Positions 31,284 to 32,000 of a DNA stretch of 32,000 bases are shown here, piece after piece. Made by a program: the position numbers and the translations under genes. Where the stretch lies: assembly GCA_951812855.1 (NCBI GenBank), contig OX638337.1, positions 1,140,001-1,172,000 of the forward strand, given 5' to 3'. The DNA is from an uncultured Lentisphaeria bacterium. GTDB lineage: Bacteria; Verrucomicrobiota; Lentisphaeria; JABSQK01; JAJFLO01. The number at the start of each line of letters is the position of its first letter. Position 1 is the stretch's first letter. Under the pieces are notes generated by a model. That model ran no database searches and was not told the origin of the DNA. It saw only the letters and a program-made list of their open reading frames with translations.

Positions 31284-32000
31284 ATGAAAACTGTGCCTCT
31301 ATGTGAAATTTTTGATATTGAGTATGGTAATTCTCTGGCATTATCCGATTTAACAGAAAGCGAAAACGGTGTTTTTTTTGTATCAAGAACAGAAAACCAT
31401 AACGGTGTAAGCACAACAGTCGCTTTAATAGAGAATATTACACCTAATCCAAAGAATACAATTACAGTAGCAGTTGGCGGGTCTGTTATGTCCAGTTTTC
31501 TACAAAAAAGAAACTATTATACTGGCTATCATATATTAATCTTGCACCCTAAAACAAAACTGAGCGATAATGAGATGCTTTATTATTGCATGTGCTTAAG
31601 AGCAAATAAATATAGATATTCATACGGTAGGCAAGCAAACAAAACCCTAGACACCTTATTAGTTCCATCATTGGATAACATTCCTGATTGGGTGAATATA
31701 GCAGAGGTTAAAAATCCAAGTAAAAAACCAATTACAAATAAAGTATTTGAATTAAAAACAAAACAATGGCAATACTTTTTATATACTGATATTTTTGAAA
31801 TCAAAAAAGGAAAAGTGCCAAAAACAATACAAGACGGTAATATATTTTTAGTAAGTGCTACTGGATTAAATAATGGTGTATCTAAAACCATATCAAGTTC
31901 AGTTATACCAAATAACCGAAATTTAATCACGGTATCTTCAAACGGTGATGTTGGAGATGCTTTCTATCAAAACAAAGAATTTTATGCAACAGGTGATATA
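31284..32000 (+). CDS. HsdS/BcgI-B-like specificity subunit; partial, runs off the right edge
   Basis: Not in the supplied track because it has no stop in the window. I read it as open for 239 codons from an ATG 4 nt after the upstream stop. It has two similar modules, (L)CEIFDIEYGN...GVFFVSRTENHNGV...ITVAVGGSV and DIFEIKKGK...GNIFLVSATGLNNGV...ITVSSNGDVG, which look like target-recognition domains. Confidence 0.6.
   Translation, partial: MKTVPLCEIFDIEYGNSLALSDLTESENGVFFVSRTENHNGVSTTVALIENITPNPKNTITVAVGGSVMSSFLQKRNYYTGYHILILHPKTKLSDNEMLYYCMCLRANKYRYSYGRQANKTLDTLLVPSLDNIPDWVNIAEVKNPSKKPITNKVFELKTKQWQYFLYTDIFEIKKGKVPKTIQDGNIFLVSATGLNNGVSKTISSSVIPNNRNLITVSSNGDVGDAFYQNKEFYATGDI

Overview
This is an AT-rich chromosomal window from a Gram-negative bacterium. 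It mixes conserved housekeeping genes with decaying accessory DNA. All calls rest on reading the translations by eye and on remembered family motifs; no searches were run.

Layout, left to right:
- dnaK 3' end, groES, groEL and a class I fructose-bisphosphate aldolase (fbaB-like).
- A scar in which a frameshifted IS256-family transposase remnant abuts a gap (GAPDH) remnant.
- A surface-polysaccharide/LPS locus. The flippase, O-antigen ligase/polymerase-like protein, three GT4-type glycosyltransferases, waaG and waaP are intact. At least four tailoring-enzyme genes are truncated.
- An Fe-alcohol-dehydrogenase pseudogene, a spore-photoproduct-lyase-like radical SAM gene, a ybiT-like ABC-F ATPase and a nucleoside-phosphorylase-fold protein.
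- A degenerate tRNA-Arg-like element, followed by a visibly more AT-rich insert. The insert carries a Dam-class methyltransferase, a putative restriction nuclease, a split zinc-ribbon ORF and an IS6-like transposase remnant.
- A divergent NagB-family gene and a fused glyQS (1017 aa).
- A second AT-rich block with a BcgI-like (type IIB) nuclease-methyltransferase gene and its specificity subunit, which runs off the right edge.

I found no CRISPR array, rRNA or intact mobile element. I see no compelling evidence for a wholly new multi-gene system. The best candidates for a closer look are the two restriction-modification-like modules flanking glyQS, the degenerate tRNA, and the radical-SAM and phosphorylase-fold genes of unknown role.
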